DNA of 58,784 nucleotides from Alphaproteobacteria bacterium. Its GTDB lineage: Bacteria; Pseudomonadota; Alphaproteobacteria; Rs-D84. The position numbers and the translations under genes were made by a program. Below the pieces are notes generated by a model that was not told where the DNA came from, ran no database searches, and saw nothing but the letters and a program-made list of their open reading frames with translations. This document shows, one piece after another, positions 34,758 to 44,920 of this stretch (position 1 is its first letter; each line of letters opens with the position of its first letter). Location: contig JAFURS010000016.1 of the NCBI GenBank assembly GCA_017471805.1, positions 1-58,784 on the forward strand, written 5' to 3'.

Positions 34758-37445
34758 ATGATAAACCAAGAGAAATTTTTAGATTTTGTCAAAAAACATA
34801 AAAACGATACAGACGAAGAAAAACAAAAACAATTGTTTTATAATGATTTGTTCGATGTTTTTGGGGTTTGCTTTCAACAATACGCAACATTTGAATATTC
34901 TGTAAAAAATGAGCACGGAAACACAAGTTTTGTTGATGTATTTTATCCACGTGTGCTATTAGTCGAACACAAATCAGCAAGTTTTACAAATCTTGAACCC
35001 GCAATAAAACAAGCAGAAAGTTATTACGAAAGAATAAAACAAGTTGATGAAGTTAAACTACCCAAATATATTTTAGTTAGTAATTTCAAAAAATTTATTC
35101 TGATAAATAAAGAAGACAATGATAAAAGATATGAATTTTCTTTTGAAGAATTAACCAGTAAAAAGAAGATTCATTTATTAGAATTTATTGGTGGTTCAGA
35201 ATTACAAAATATAGAAAGCCAAAAAATTTTATCACAAAAAGCATCATATTTACTGGGAAATTTATTTGATGAATTAGTAAAAAATAAAAATAATGTTGAA
35301 AATTTGAAATTATTTCTTGTAAGAATTTTATTCTGTATGTATGCAGAAGATTCAGGGATAATGGATATTTGTAAATTTTCTTTGTTTATAAAAAATGAAA
35401 CAAAGCAAGACGGTTCAGATACAGGCGAAAAATTATCTCATTTATTTACTACATTGAATAAATCTATTGAAAACAGACCACGAACCGACGATTTATTTAA
35501 TACATTTCCATATGTTAATGGCGGGTTATTTGCAGACAATCTAGAAATACCTGTTTTTACAAAAAAAGCACGGGATTTATTATTAAAATGTTGTGATTAT
35601 GATTGGAATCAAGTATCGCCTATTATTTTTGGTTCGTTGTTTGAAGCTGTCGTTTCAAAGAAACAAAGAGCAGAACTTGGAGAACATTTTACTTCTGAGG
35701 CAAATATACTAAAAACCTTAAAACCTCTTTTCTTAGATAATTTAGAAAAAGAATTTGAAAAATGTTCAAATAAAAATCAATACAAATCGTTTCTTGAAAA
35801 AATTTCTAATATTAAAATATTGGACCCTGCCTGTGGGTGTGGAAATTTCTTAGTTGTTGCTTATTCTGAATTAAGAAAATTAGAATTAAAATGTCTTGAT
35901 AAAATATTTGAACCTGAAAAAAACCTTGTGTTAAATTTTGATGCAAAAACATATAGAAAAGTAAATATTGATAATTTTTATGGAATTGAAATAGAAAGTT
36001 TTCCATGTGAAATCGCCAAAGTCGCTATGTGGCTGATAGAAAATAAATGCGATAGGGAGTTATCAAATAAATTTGGTCAATACATTGCAGATATACCATT
36101 AAAACATACCGTTAATATAACCTGTGGTAATGCATTAACAATTGACTGGAATAGTGTTATATCTAATCAGCAATTATCATATATTGTTGGCAACCCCCCA
36201 TTTATTGGAGCACGCAGAAAAAATCAAACCCAATCCAACGAGATGAAAATGATTTTCAGTAATATTCATGGGGTTGGAAATTTAGATTATGTTTGCGCTT
36301 GGTATAAAAAATGTGCTGATTATATTCATAATACGAATATATCTTGTGCGTTGGTTTCTACAAGCAGTATTACACAAGGACAACAACCATCTATATTATG
36401 GTCCGCCTTGCCAAATTTACATATTAATTTTGCATACAAATCATTCATTTGGAAAAACGAGGGAGCGAATCAAGCAGCGGTATATTGTATTATATTGGGT
36501 TTTTCTGAAAAAAATGAAGTGAACAAGTATATCTTTGATAATAATGGTTGTGATAGAGTAAAAAATATTTCACCAAATTTAACATCTAATGCAAATATTG
36601 TTGTTAATGCTAGAACGAACCCAATAATAGACACAATACCTAGGGCTGTATTTGGCAGTATGCCAAATGATGGCGGCAATTTATTACTTACAAAACAAGA
36701 AAAGAAAGATATTATAGAACAATATCCACATTGTGAAAAATATATTAAACCCTTAATGACAGCAAAATCTTTTATTAACAAAGGAGAACAATACTGTTTA
36801 TGGTTAAAAGATATTCCTGTTAGTGAGTATTCTAATATCCCACCTATTAAACAACGAATAGAAAATGTCAGAGTACATAGATTATCTTCCAATAGACAAG
36901 CCACAAAAAGATTGGCTGAAACCCCAATGTTATTTGGCGAAATACGACAACCAGATACAAATTATATTTTAATTCCAAGCGTATCTTCTGAAAACAGACA
37001 ATATATGCAGATAGCCTTTTTGCCTAAGGATACTATTACTAACAACAGTTGTATCATTGTTCCAACTAACGATTTGTTTTTATTTGGTATTCTTAATTCT
37101 AAACTGCATAATATTTGGAAGGATAAAATTGGTGGAAAATTAAAACAAGATTATAGATATTCAATTCAAAATGTATATAACACTTTTCCATTCCCGAAGA
37201 ATGTATCAAGCGAACAGAAAAAGTTGGTAATATCTTGTGTTGAAAATATTTTAGCAATAAGAAAACAATTTGCTAATTCTTCTATGGCTGAATTATATGG
37301 TAAATTTATGCAACCAGAACTTTTAAAAGCGCATCAAGCACTGGATAAAGCAGTTGAGAGAATTTATACAAGAAAAACATTCAAAGATGATAGTGAAAGA
37401 TTAGAATTCTTATTAAATTTATATCAAGAATATGTTTCAGAATAG
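34758..37445 (+). CDS. MmeI-family Type IIL restriction-modification enzyme (fused PD-ExK endonuclease + gamma-class N6-adenine methyltransferase + TRD)
   Basis: Colinear with MmeI as recalled: FVDVFYPRVLLVEHKS (D...E-x-K), LFLVRILFCMYAEDSGI, FPYVNGGLF, GEHFTSEANILK, LDPACGCGNFL (motif I), GNPPFIG (motif IV), VSTSSITQGQQ, SSENRQY. Start could also be 34749 or TTG 34722. Confidence 0.9.
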   Translation: MINQEKFLDFVKKHKNDTDEEKQKQLFYNDLFDVFGVCFQQYATFEYSVKNEHGNTSFVDVFYPRVLLVEHKSASFTNLEPAIKQAESYYERIKQVDEVKLPKYILVSNFKKFILINKEDNDKRYEFSFEELTSKKKIHLLEFIGGSELQNIESQKILSQKASYLLGNLFDELVKNKNNVENLKLFLVRILFCMYAEDSGIMDICKFSLFIKNETKQDGSDTGEKLSHLFTTLNKSIENRPRTDDLFNTFPYVNGGLFADNLEIPVFTKKARDLLLKCCDYDWNQVSPIIFGSLFEAVVSKKQRAELGEHFTSEANILKTLKPLFLDNLEKEFEKCSNKNQYKSFLEKISNIKILDPACGCGNFLVVAYSELRKLELKCLDKIFEPEKNLVLNFDAKTYRKVNIDNFYGIEIESFPCEIAKVAMWLIENKCDRELSNKFGQYIADIPLKHTVNITCGNALTIDWNSVISNQQLSYIVGNPPFIGARRKNQTQSNEMKMIFSNIHGVGNLDYVCAWYKKCADYIHNTNISCALVSTSSITQGQQPSILWSALPNLHINFAYKSFIWKNEGANQAAVYCIILGFSEKNEVNKYIFDNNGCDRVKNISPNLTSNANIVVNARTNPIIDTIPRAVFGSMPNDGGNLLLTKQEKKDIIEQYPHCEKYIKPLMTAKSFINKGEQYCLWLKDIPVSEYSNIPPIKQRIENVRVHRLSSNRQATKRLAETPMLFGEIRQPDTNYILIPSVSSENRQYMQIAFLPKDTITNNSCIIVPTNDLFLFGILNSKLHNIWKDKIGGKLKQDYRYSIQNVYNTFPFPKNVSSEQKKLVISCVENILAIRKQFANSSMAELYGKFMQPELLKAHQALDKAVERIYTRKTFKDDSERLEFLLNLYQEYVSE

Positions 37446-37491
37446 TATTTTTAATTTTTTAAATTTTATTATCTTTTATGGAACAGAATAT

Positions 37492-37517
37492 AAAAAAGCC
37501 CCGAATGGGGCGTTTTT
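37492..37517. terminator. Bidirectional terminator between the MmeI-family gene and recN
   Basis: AAAAAAGCCCC-GAAT-GGGGCGTTTTT. Confidence 0.8.
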
Positions 37518-39168
37518 AATTCTTTATAAGCGTCTTGGCCGTGGCGACAGATTCAGGCGTTATTTGCGCACCGCTGATTATACGGGCAATTTCATTTACA
37601 CGTTCGTCTGATGAAATCTGATGAACGGTGGTGGTAGTTTTCCCATCAGCAACAGATTTTGATATTTTATAGTGTCGGTCGGCATAACCTGCAACCTGGG
37701 CGGAATGAGTTATAACCAATGCCTGATTCTGGGCCGCCAAACGATTCAGGCGACATCCAACCGCCGATGCAGTCGCCCCACTGATTCCAGTGTCTATTTC
37801 ATCAAAGATAAACGTGTGTAAATCACCATCCCCAGCCAGGACAACACGCATTGCCAGCATTAAACGTGCCAGTTCCCCACCAGATGCAGACTGGTGCAAT
37901 GGTGCAAACGGCGAACCAGGATTCGTTTTTATCATAAACGTTATGTCGTCCACCCCAGATACGTTCGGTGCTGCCGACGCAAAATCAACAGTAAAATCCG
38001 CCGAGCCTAGTTTCAAGTCTGGCAATTCTTGCAAAAGTTGATTGCGCAAAATTTCGGCGGCACGTTGGCGAAGCTGTGTTAGCGCACGTGCAGATTCATT
38101 AAACTTATTGCGTAGCACCGTCACAGTTGTGGTCAGTTTTTGTAATTCTGCGTCTGAATTGTCAATCGTGTTCAATTGCGCCGATATTTGTTCTAAAAAT
38201 GCCGGCAAATCATCGGGGGCAACACGATGCTTTCGGGCGGCGGCACGAATTGCAAACAGACGTTCTTCGATTGTGTCCATACTGTCTGTGTCGGGTGTGT
38301 CTGTTTCCAGACTTTGTGCAATTTCAGATAGCGTTTCGGCCACAGAATACAATTTGTCGATTTGTTCGGAATATGGATTTTCATCACCCTTAATCCGTTG
38401 CAAAATATGCGCAACCGCAAATATTTGTGATTCCAGACTGTTGCCACGTGGAGCAAGTGCCTGCAAGGCATCCGCCAGGATAGCCGCATTTTTTTCAGCA
38501 TTCATCATTGCAGCACGTCGGTCTGCCAATTCTTGTTCTTCGCCCACCACGGGATTCAAGGCACGCAATTCAGCAACGTTGTGTTCCAGAAATTCACGTT
38601 CGGATGCACTGCGTTCCACTAGTTCCTGTAATTGTATTAAACGCTTTTGCGCATCGTTATAATCCCGAAAATGCGACATTGTTTCGGACAGAGCAACCGT
38701 AAAGCCAGGAATATGTTTTTCTGCAAATAAATCAAGTGTAGGACGATGTGTCGATTGACTTAACAGTGTGTGATTTGCAAATTGCCCGTGTATTTCAACC
38801 AATGAATCGCCAACAGATTTCAAGACCTTAATCGAAACGGGCGTGTCGTTTATCCAGGCACGGCTTTTGCCGTCTGATGATAATGTGCGTCGCAAAATTA
38901 AACCGTCGCTGAAATCCAGTTCGTAATCAGACAACAATTCTATAATCGCCCCCGGCACAGCGTCAAAACTGGCAATGACGTTTGCAGTGTCACAACCGTG
39001 ACGGATTAAACCTGTGTCAGAACGTGCGCCTAATGCCAATGACAACGCATCAAGCAATATACTTTTACCCGCACCCGTTTCGCCAGTAAGAATATTTAAC
39101 CCAGCACCAAATTCAAGATTTAGTTTTTCAATTAAAACAATATTAGATATAAATAAACCTGTTAACAT
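37516..39168 (-). CDS. recN: DNA repair protein RecN
   Basis: LNILTGETGAGKSILLDAL Walker A, long coiled coil, SGGELARLMLA signature, FDEIDTGISG. Confidence 0.95.
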   Translation of the reverse strand: MLTGLFISNIVLIEKLNLEFGAGLNILTGETGAGKSILLDALSLALGARSDTGLIRHGCDTANVIASFDAVPGAIIELLSDYELDFSDGLILRRTLSSDGKSRAWINDTPVSIKVLKSVGDSLVEIHGQFANHTLLSQSTHRPTLDLFAEKHIPGFTVALSETMSHFRDYNDAQKRLIQLQELVERSASEREFLEHNVAELRALNPVVGEEQELADRRAAMMNAEKNAAILADALQALAPRGNSLESQIFAVAHILQRIKGDENPYSEQIDKLYSVAETLSEIAQSLETDTPDTDSMDTIEERLFAIRAAARKHRVAPDDLPAFLEQISAQLNTIDNSDAELQKLTTTVTVLRNKFNESARALTQLRQRAAEILRNQLLQELPDLKLGSADFTVDFASAAPNVSGVDDITFMIKTNPGSPFAPLHQSASGGELARLMLAMRVVLAGDGDLHTFIFDEIDTGISGATASAVGCRLNRLAAQNQALVITHSAQVAGYADRHYKISKSVADGKTTTTVHQISSDERVNEIARIISGAQITPESVATAKTLIKN

Positions 39169-39175
39169 AGCCGAA

Positions 39176-39631
39176 TTATAACTGTTTTACGGGGACTTTT
39201 TCCAGTGAAAAATCGTGCGTCCACAGTATATACCCCTGAATGTCGTAATCAGAATAAATCATTTTTAATAATGATATATATTCTTGTATCTGGGCGATAT
39301 ATTTTGTGTAAAAACGATGCGTGTCGGTGTCCGTTTTATAATCCAATACACGTATTGTTCGGGCGACTTCGTCGATTAGCAACCTGTCCAGACGACGGCT
39401 TATAAATTCATTATTTAATATGCCTGCAATGGGAACTTCGCATCGGGATACGGGCGAAAAGAACGGAACCAGTTCAGGGTGCGCCAAAATCTGGGCCACC
39501 AGTTCGGAATCGCCAGTTGTGTTGTCGCCGTCAATAACAACCCGGCGCAGACGATTATGCATTTGTGTGCCGGCAGTTGTCGCAAAGCGTTCTTGGGCAT
39601 ATGTGCCGATGATATCATTTAATGTCTTCAT
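39176..39631 (-). CDS. addA: AddA C-terminal PD-(D/E)xK nuclease domain as a separate reading frame (152 aa from ATG 39631; frame open to 39754)
   Basis: GTQMHNRL..., then RRLDRLLIDEVARTIRVLDYKTD (D...D-Y-K RecB-type nuclease motif). Overlaps the helicase ORF stop by 17 nt in another frame. Confidence 0.6.
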   Translation of the reverse strand: MKTLNDIIGTYAQERFATTAGTQMHNRLRRVVIDGDNTTGDSELVAQILAHPELVPFFSPVSRCEVPIAGILNNEFISRRLDRLLIDEVARTIRVLDYKTDTDTHRFYTKYIAQIQEYISLLKMIYSDYDIQGYILWTHDFSLEKVPVKQL

Positions 39632-42233
39632 TGGTAATCCTGATATATTCTGAATCTGGGGTATTGCCTGCGAAAACACGCCACAGTTGTGCAAACCACG
39701 AATTTTCACCGGCGTTCTTGTTCGATGTATAGCCATAAATATACAATTCATCACGGGCCCGTGTCATTGCAACGTATAGCAAACGATAATATTCTGCAAT
39801 ACGAACCTGCATCAGGGAATCGGCCGCTGCGGCACGGGCGTCGCTGACGTCAGAGTGCGGTGTCCACAGCCAAACAGGATACGATGATGATGTCAGCGGC
39901 AACACATTATCCAGTTGCGGAACACGAACCGTGTCAATCAAAAAGACAACCGGTGCTTCCAGGCCCTTGCTGCCGTGGACGGTGACAACACGAACACCGC
40001 TGGACGCATCCATATCACGTTTTATTTCACTGGCACCAGTTATGAACCACTTTAAGAAGTGGTGCAGTGTGCCGGGCTGGGTCCGCTCATACGAAAGGCA
40101 TATGGTTAAAAATTCTTCCATTGGGTCGATAACCTGGTCGCCCAGTGCAGAAATGAACTTTTTACGTGTATCATTTGTATTCAACACATATGTAAAGAAG
40201 GAATAAGGCCCCATATATTTCGAACGACTGCGTATCTGTAATAAGCACGAATGTATATCTGGGAATACAGATTCCAGAACATCAAAAACAGTTGTCTTTG
40301 GGGTATTTCCCGGGGCGTTTTTGGCGGCAACATTGCGTGCATTTCGTTCATAACATAAATTAAAAATATCACGTTCAGTCAAATAGAAAACAGGACTTTT
40401 TAACACGCAACACAAACTAAAATCATCACTTGGGTTCAGGCACCAACGAACCAGATTTAACAAATCACGAATTGCAGGAAATTCTGGCAAAACAATACGG
40501 TCACTGCCGGCAACTTCGATATTGCGACGCTTTAATTCATAGACAAGCGGAGAAACCAGTGGATGACGACGTTGGACCAAGACCATTATATCCTGGGGGG
40601 TAAATTTGCCCGAATCCAGAATAGATTTTATCTTGTCTGCAATCATAGCCACATAGTCTTTGACCGTGGTTTCGTCTTCGGCCTTGGATACCAATTTATG
40701 CAATTCAACGACACCGGCATCGTCGGCACGAAAACACTTGTGATTATTGTTTGAAAAATTCGAAATACTGATTACATCAGGATCAGAAAAGAAGCAATCG
40801 ACAGAATTTAATATCGGCGCAGTTGAACGAAAACTTTGTGCCAATGGAATTTCGCAGATTGTGCGGGCATTTTGTTGAATCTGTTCGGCAATCGCAGAAC
40901 GACTGGACGCAAATGCCGCAGGGTCTGCCCCCTGAAAACCATAAATAGACTGCTTAGAGTCGCCAACAACAAACAAAGAACGTGGGTTTTGCGCAGTGTC
41001 GCCTTCGGCAAAGAAATCGCCGGACAACATACGCAAAATATCCCACTGTTGCGGTGATGTATCCTGGGCTTCATCCAGTAAAATATGCGTCAGCGAATAA
41101 TCCAACTGGGACAAAACCCAACCCATTGTGGCCGTGTCTGAAAATAATTTGCGTGTGTATAAAATCATATCTTCGAAATCCAACAGATTACGTGCACGCT
41201 TTAACCTATGATATTCTGTGGCAAATGCCGCCGACAAATCAAACAAGGCAACCGTATCTTGGAACAATAATTGGTTGGCGTTATACTGGTCAACATCATA
41301 AACCCTTTCTTGTTCCTGAACCAAATATGGACGCTTTGAAACGGTGACTTTTTTGGTCCCAGCCCCCGTCAAGTATAAAGTTTTGTATTTTTCAAAATTT
41401 ATAGTCTTGTCAATATACTGTTTTGTTAAGTTAACAATTTCTTCAAGGAACTTGGCCGGCTTTTTCGAAGATTTTATCTCTTCCGTTGCCATTTCGATGA
41501 TATTTTTCAAGTTTTTTTCGTCTGCATCCATATTTGGAACACTGGACAAATCAAGAAAATTTGACGTCGTTTCAACAAAGTATTCACGATATTTAACAAT
41601 GTCCGACACGTCAAAAAACAGTTTATATTGTTGACTTAAAACAGATAACAAATCCGAAACATAGTATTCAGACACACGACCGACAATGTGTGAAAAAGCA
41701 GAGTGTACACGTGGGTCATTATTTGGCGAATTTATCAGCCTGTCGAATGTATCTTGCAACAAAACACGTTGCGCAGAATCAGAAACCAATGTCCAGGAAG
41801 GTGACAGTCCAGCCTCTAGCGGGAAGCGATGCAAGATTTCTTCGCAAAAACCGTGGATAGTTTTTATCTTTAAAATATCTGGATTGTCAATGTAGTGATA
41901 AAATATCGAGCGTGCGTGCGCAATGTCGGCATCTGTGACGGGTTTATGCAACGAAACACCGTCCAGCAGTTCGGCCAATTCTTGGTCGGTCGATGTTGCC
42001 CACTGGCGCAGGGATTTTAGTATTCGATTGCGCATTTCGCCCGCACCTGCATTTGTATAGGTCAGACATAAAATACCCGTTGCACCACAATCTGGGGTGC
42101 GAAATAATATACGCAACAATCGCTGAACCAGAACACTTGTTTTGCCGGTGCCGGCATTTGCCTGGACCCATACATTATTCGATGGATTCGCCGCATTGTC
42201 TTGTTCGGTTGATAAAGTAGTTTTTTTTAACAT
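39615..42233 (-). CDS. addA: AddA-type UvrD/Rep superfamily-1 helicase (872 aa; nuclease domain not in frame)
   Basis: VWVQANAGTGKTSVLVQRLLRIL, LCLTYTNAGAGEM, ILLDEAQDTSPQQW, FVVGDSKQSIYGFQGA, VTVHGSKGLEAPVVFL, LLYVAMTRARDEL. Confidence 0.88.
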   Translation of the reverse strand: MLKKTTLSTEQDNAANPSNNVWVQANAGTGKTSVLVQRLLRILFRTPDCGATGILCLTYTNAGAGEMRNRILKSLRQWATSTDQELAELLDGVSLHKPVTDADIAHARSIFYHYIDNPDILKIKTIHGFCEEILHRFPLEAGLSPSWTLVSDSAQRVLLQDTFDRLINSPNNDPRVHSAFSHIVGRVSEYYVSDLLSVLSQQYKLFFDVSDIVKYREYFVETTSNFLDLSSVPNMDADEKNLKNIIEMATEEIKSSKKPAKFLEEIVNLTKQYIDKTINFEKYKTLYLTGAGTKKVTVSKRPYLVQEQERVYDVDQYNANQLLFQDTVALFDLSAAFATEYHRLKRARNLLDFEDMILYTRKLFSDTATMGWVLSQLDYSLTHILLDEAQDTSPQQWDILRMLSGDFFAEGDTAQNPRSLFVVGDSKQSIYGFQGADPAAFASSRSAIAEQIQQNARTICEIPLAQSFRSTAPILNSVDCFFSDPDVISISNFSNNNHKCFRADDAGVVELHKLVSKAEDETTVKDYVAMIADKIKSILDSGKFTPQDIMVLVQRRHPLVSPLVYELKRRNIEVAGSDRIVLPEFPAIRDLLNLVRWCLNPSDDFSLCCVLKSPVFYLTERDIFNLCYERNARNVAAKNAPGNTPKTTVFDVLESVFPDIHSCLLQIRSRSKYMGPYSFFTYVLNTNDTRKKFISALGDQVIDPMEEFLTICLSYERTQPGTLHHFLKWFITGASEIKRDMDASSGVRVVTVHGSKGLEAPVVFLIDTVRVPQLDNVLPLTSSSYPVWLWTPHSDVSDARAAAADSLMQVRIAEYYRLLYVAMTRARDELYIYGYTSNKNAGENSWFAQLWRVFAGNTPDSEYIRITNEDIK

Positions 42234-42322
42234 TTCTGCCCTTGCATTATTAAATAGATTCTAGTATAAATTCATTATAACTGCAAGTTTTATAAAAATG
42301 TTTTTATCTTAGGGGGAAAGGA

Positions 42323-44248
42323 ATGGAAATCACACAAGCCTTGTTAATTGGCGGTGGCGTTTTGGCCGGTTTGTTGCTAGTCGCATTGGGCGTCTTGTTT
42401 TTCGTGTCCAGAAAATCACAAAAGGTTATGAATTCACTGTTGACCATTATGACACGACCAGAACGTACCAAGATCGCAGACGCAGTGCGGGTTTTGAACA
42501 CTATACTTAGTGATGAAATATACAAGATTGAACAAAGTTTCCAGACTATGCGTGATACGCTAAATGCGCAAATCGCATCAGCCGAAGAATTAAAACGACA
42601 AATAAGTGATGAAAATTCACGGTTGGTCGATTTGGCCGACGAAGCAACCAAAAAGATTTCAACTATGTCGGGACGATTGGAAAACACCGTGGGTGGACTG
42701 GGCCAGATTGTTTCGTCACAATCCTGGAATGACGTCGAACTGTCAACCGAAAGATTTAACAGCACAGTCAACGAGTTATTATTAAAAATTGACACAACGT
42801 GTGAAACAACAACCGAACGCACTGCACAGATTCAAACCCAGATAGATTCTTGGATTGAAAGTGGCAAAGCGTTAGCGGAACACTTGCAAAACGAATTTAA
42901 AAATAATGTGACACAGATGAAAGAAGTCACAACAGAAACAGAAACAACCCAGAACAAGTTGTCTGAATTATCCAAGTCTGTGGCAGATGGTTTTGCATCG
43001 GTAAAAACCGCCGCTGCAAATTACGAAGAGGTGATGGTCCGAAGTGACCGTTCGTTGGATACATATCTGGAAAAATTAGAATCATTTGGCGTTCAGGCAA
43101 AAAAACAAATGACAAGCCAGATGAACACCCTGGCAAATACTGCAACAACAATAGCGGGTCATATACGACTGTCGGAAACCGCTGTTGAAAGCCAAACAAA
43201 AACATTGACCGAAGCCGCCCAGGAAATGATTTCGACAGCATCAACCACAGAAAATTCTGTCCGGGCGGTCGCAGGTGAATTGGCAACACTGACCAATCGG
43301 TTTAATAATGAAGTAAAAGAATTTGCACGTGGTGTTGTGTCGGAAATGAAAAGCGTTTCAATGGACGCAAATACTACATTGGAAAACACCAAGACTGCGG
43401 CAAATGCGTTTTCAGAATCAGTCAAAGCAATGGCGACAGGCGTTCGTGATACACTGATGGAAATGAACACGGCGCACACGCAATTGTCGGGTCAGTCGGC
43501 AAGTCTGATAAAGATGTCAACGGAAACAACCGCCCAGTTGCAGCCTTTGTCGGCACTGATTGAAAGATATTATTCCGCCCTGCCCGATTTGTCACGTGGC
43601 AGTTTGGAAACCAGCGAAACATTGGAAAAGATTGTCAGCAGTTTGAACGAAAAACTGAACCAGATGAAAACAACCGTGGCGGAATCAACATCTACTATTT
43701 CTGAATCTGCGGTAAAACTGGAAGATTTGGCCGGTTCTTCACGTCAACAGATGATAGATTTAATGTCTGATTATGCCAAAGCGGTTAACACAATGCAGAC
43801 ATTAAACAAGCAAATGATGGTCGCACGGGCATCAGCACCAATGGACGCAATAAAAACCGCCCCATCAGAATCGTTTGGACATATAAGCAGCCAGGACTTT
43901 TTAAGCCAAAGCGAAAAAATGTTCGAAAAATTACACGAACAATCTATGGATTTAACCAGGGTTGCAGGCGCAGAAATTCCAGATGTCGTTTGGAAAAAAT
44001 ATCACAGCGGAGATAAAACAATATTTTCAAAATGGTTGGCCAAGATGTTGGCGGCTGCTGACAAAAAACGTGTCCGTGATATGATGAAATCAGACACCGT
44101 ATTTCGTCGCCAGGCAACACAATTTGTGCGCAGTTTTGATAAAATCCTTGGGCTGACACAACAAACCGATAATGCGGATTCTGTGGCAGCGACACTGATA
44201 AAAACAGAACTGGGGCAAATTTATATTGCGCTAAAAAGTTATGTTTAA
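42323..44248 (+). CDS. Membrane-anchored long coiled-coil protein (641 aa), function unknown
   Basis: N-terminal TM (LLIGGGVLAGLLLVALGVLFFV), Q/E/T/S-rich helical region. AGGGGGAAAGGA Shine-Dalgarno. Confidence 0.7.
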   Translation: MEITQALLIGGGVLAGLLLVALGVLFFVSRKSQKVMNSLLTIMTRPERTKIADAVRVLNTILSDEIYKIEQSFQTMRDTLNAQIASAEELKRQISDENSRLVDLADEATKKISTMSGRLENTVGGLGQIVSSQSWNDVELSTERFNSTVNELLLKIDTTCETTTERTAQIQTQIDSWIESGKALAEHLQNEFKNNVTQMKEVTTETETTQNKLSELSKSVADGFASVKTAAANYEEVMVRSDRSLDTYLEKLESFGVQAKKQMTSQMNTLANTATTIAGHIRLSETAVESQTKTLTEAAQEMISTASTTENSVRAVAGELATLTNRFNNEVKEFARGVVSEMKSVSMDANTTLENTKTAANAFSESVKAMATGVRDTLMEMNTAHTQLSGQSASLIKMSTETTAQLQPLSALIERYYSALPDLSRGSLETSETLEKIVSSLNEKLNQMKTTVAESTSTISESAVKLEDLAGSSRQQMIDLMSDYAKAVNTMQTLNKQMMVARASAPMDAIKTAPSESFGHISSQDFLSQSEKMFEKLHEQSMDLTRVAGAEIPDVVWKKYHSGDKTIFSKWLAKMLAAADKKRVRDMMKSDTVFRRQATQFVRSFDKILGLTQQTDNADSVAATLIKTELGQIYIALKSYV

Positions 44249-44275
44249 AAAATCCCGCCGAACGGCGGGTTTTTT
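44247..44275. terminator. Bidirectional terminator
   Basis: AAAAAATCCCGCCG-AA-CGGCGGGTTTTTT. Confidence 0.85.
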
Positions 44276-44867
44276 ATTTAGATTTTTCAAGACGTTTTAT
44301 GTGCGCCATCAAACGTGGATTGTATAACCCATTTCGAGGCGACAGAATATAATCGACATCCAGCCCCGCACGCAAAAAGTCCATAGGCGAACAGGTATTG
44401 GTGCGACGGACGTCAATGTCGTTTGGCATATTTGCACGCTGGGCCGCAGTTTCAAGGCTGTTTTCAGGTGGCAAGAAATACGCAATCTTGAAATTATAAT
44501 ATTTTGATAAATTATTCTTTTCAAACCAGTCAATTAGTTGCCGGGTATAACGTGGTTCTATGACGTCATAAATTAAATTCCGCCCCAGATGTTCACGAAT
44601 TTCTGATTCCGGGATTCCGTATAGCCACTTTGGTGTTCCGGGGGTCCATAATGCCTGGTTCACCCACAGACGTGTTGCCAATTGTGCATCATAAAAATAT
44701 CTCTCTTCACGAAAGAAATACGGATTACCCTCGGATTCGCCGGGGCGCATTGGACGGGTTGTGGCAGAACGCAGACTGTAAAACAAATCGGCCGGCAATG
44801 TATTTTGTATAAAATACGATTTCCCACTGCCCGAGACACCATTGCAAAATAATAATGTTTTTTTCAT
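44274..44867 (-). CDS. Guanylate-kinase-like P-loop nucleoside monophosphate kinase (divergent)
   Basis: From the ATG with an AAGGA Shine-Dalgarno: NGVSGSGKSYF (P-loop), SATTRPMRPGESEGNPYFF (Gmk signature S-x-TTR-x-x-R-x-GE-x-x-G-x-x-Y-x-F). The rest is poorly Gmk-like. Confidence 0.6.
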   Translation of the reverse strand: MKKTLLFCNGVSGSGKSYFIQNTLPADLFYSLRSATTRPMRPGESEGNPYFFREERYFYDAQLATRLWVNQALWTPGTPKWLYGIPESEIREHLGRNLIYDVIEPRYTRQLIDWFEKNNLSKYYNFKIAYFLPPENSLETAAQRANMPNDIDVRRTNTCSPMDFLRAGLDVDYILSPRNGLYNPRLMAHIKRLEKSK

Positions 44868-44893
44868 AACAAAATCCTTTTTTATTGTGAAAA

Positions 44894-44911
44894 GCCCCAC
44901 AATAGTGGGGC
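44894..44911 (-). terminator. Hairpin after rpoD (weak terminator)
   Basis: GCCCCAC-TATT-GTGGGGC followed by TTTTCACAAT on the minus strand. Confidence 0.45.
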
Positions 44912-44920
44912 AATCGTTTA

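Noticed and set aside
38042-38662. 206-aa ORF antisense to recN; likewise 45945-46415 antisense to rpoD (poly-Ser) and 42304-42822 antisense to the coiled-coil gene
   Set aside because: They are low-complexity mirror frames of well-supported genes.
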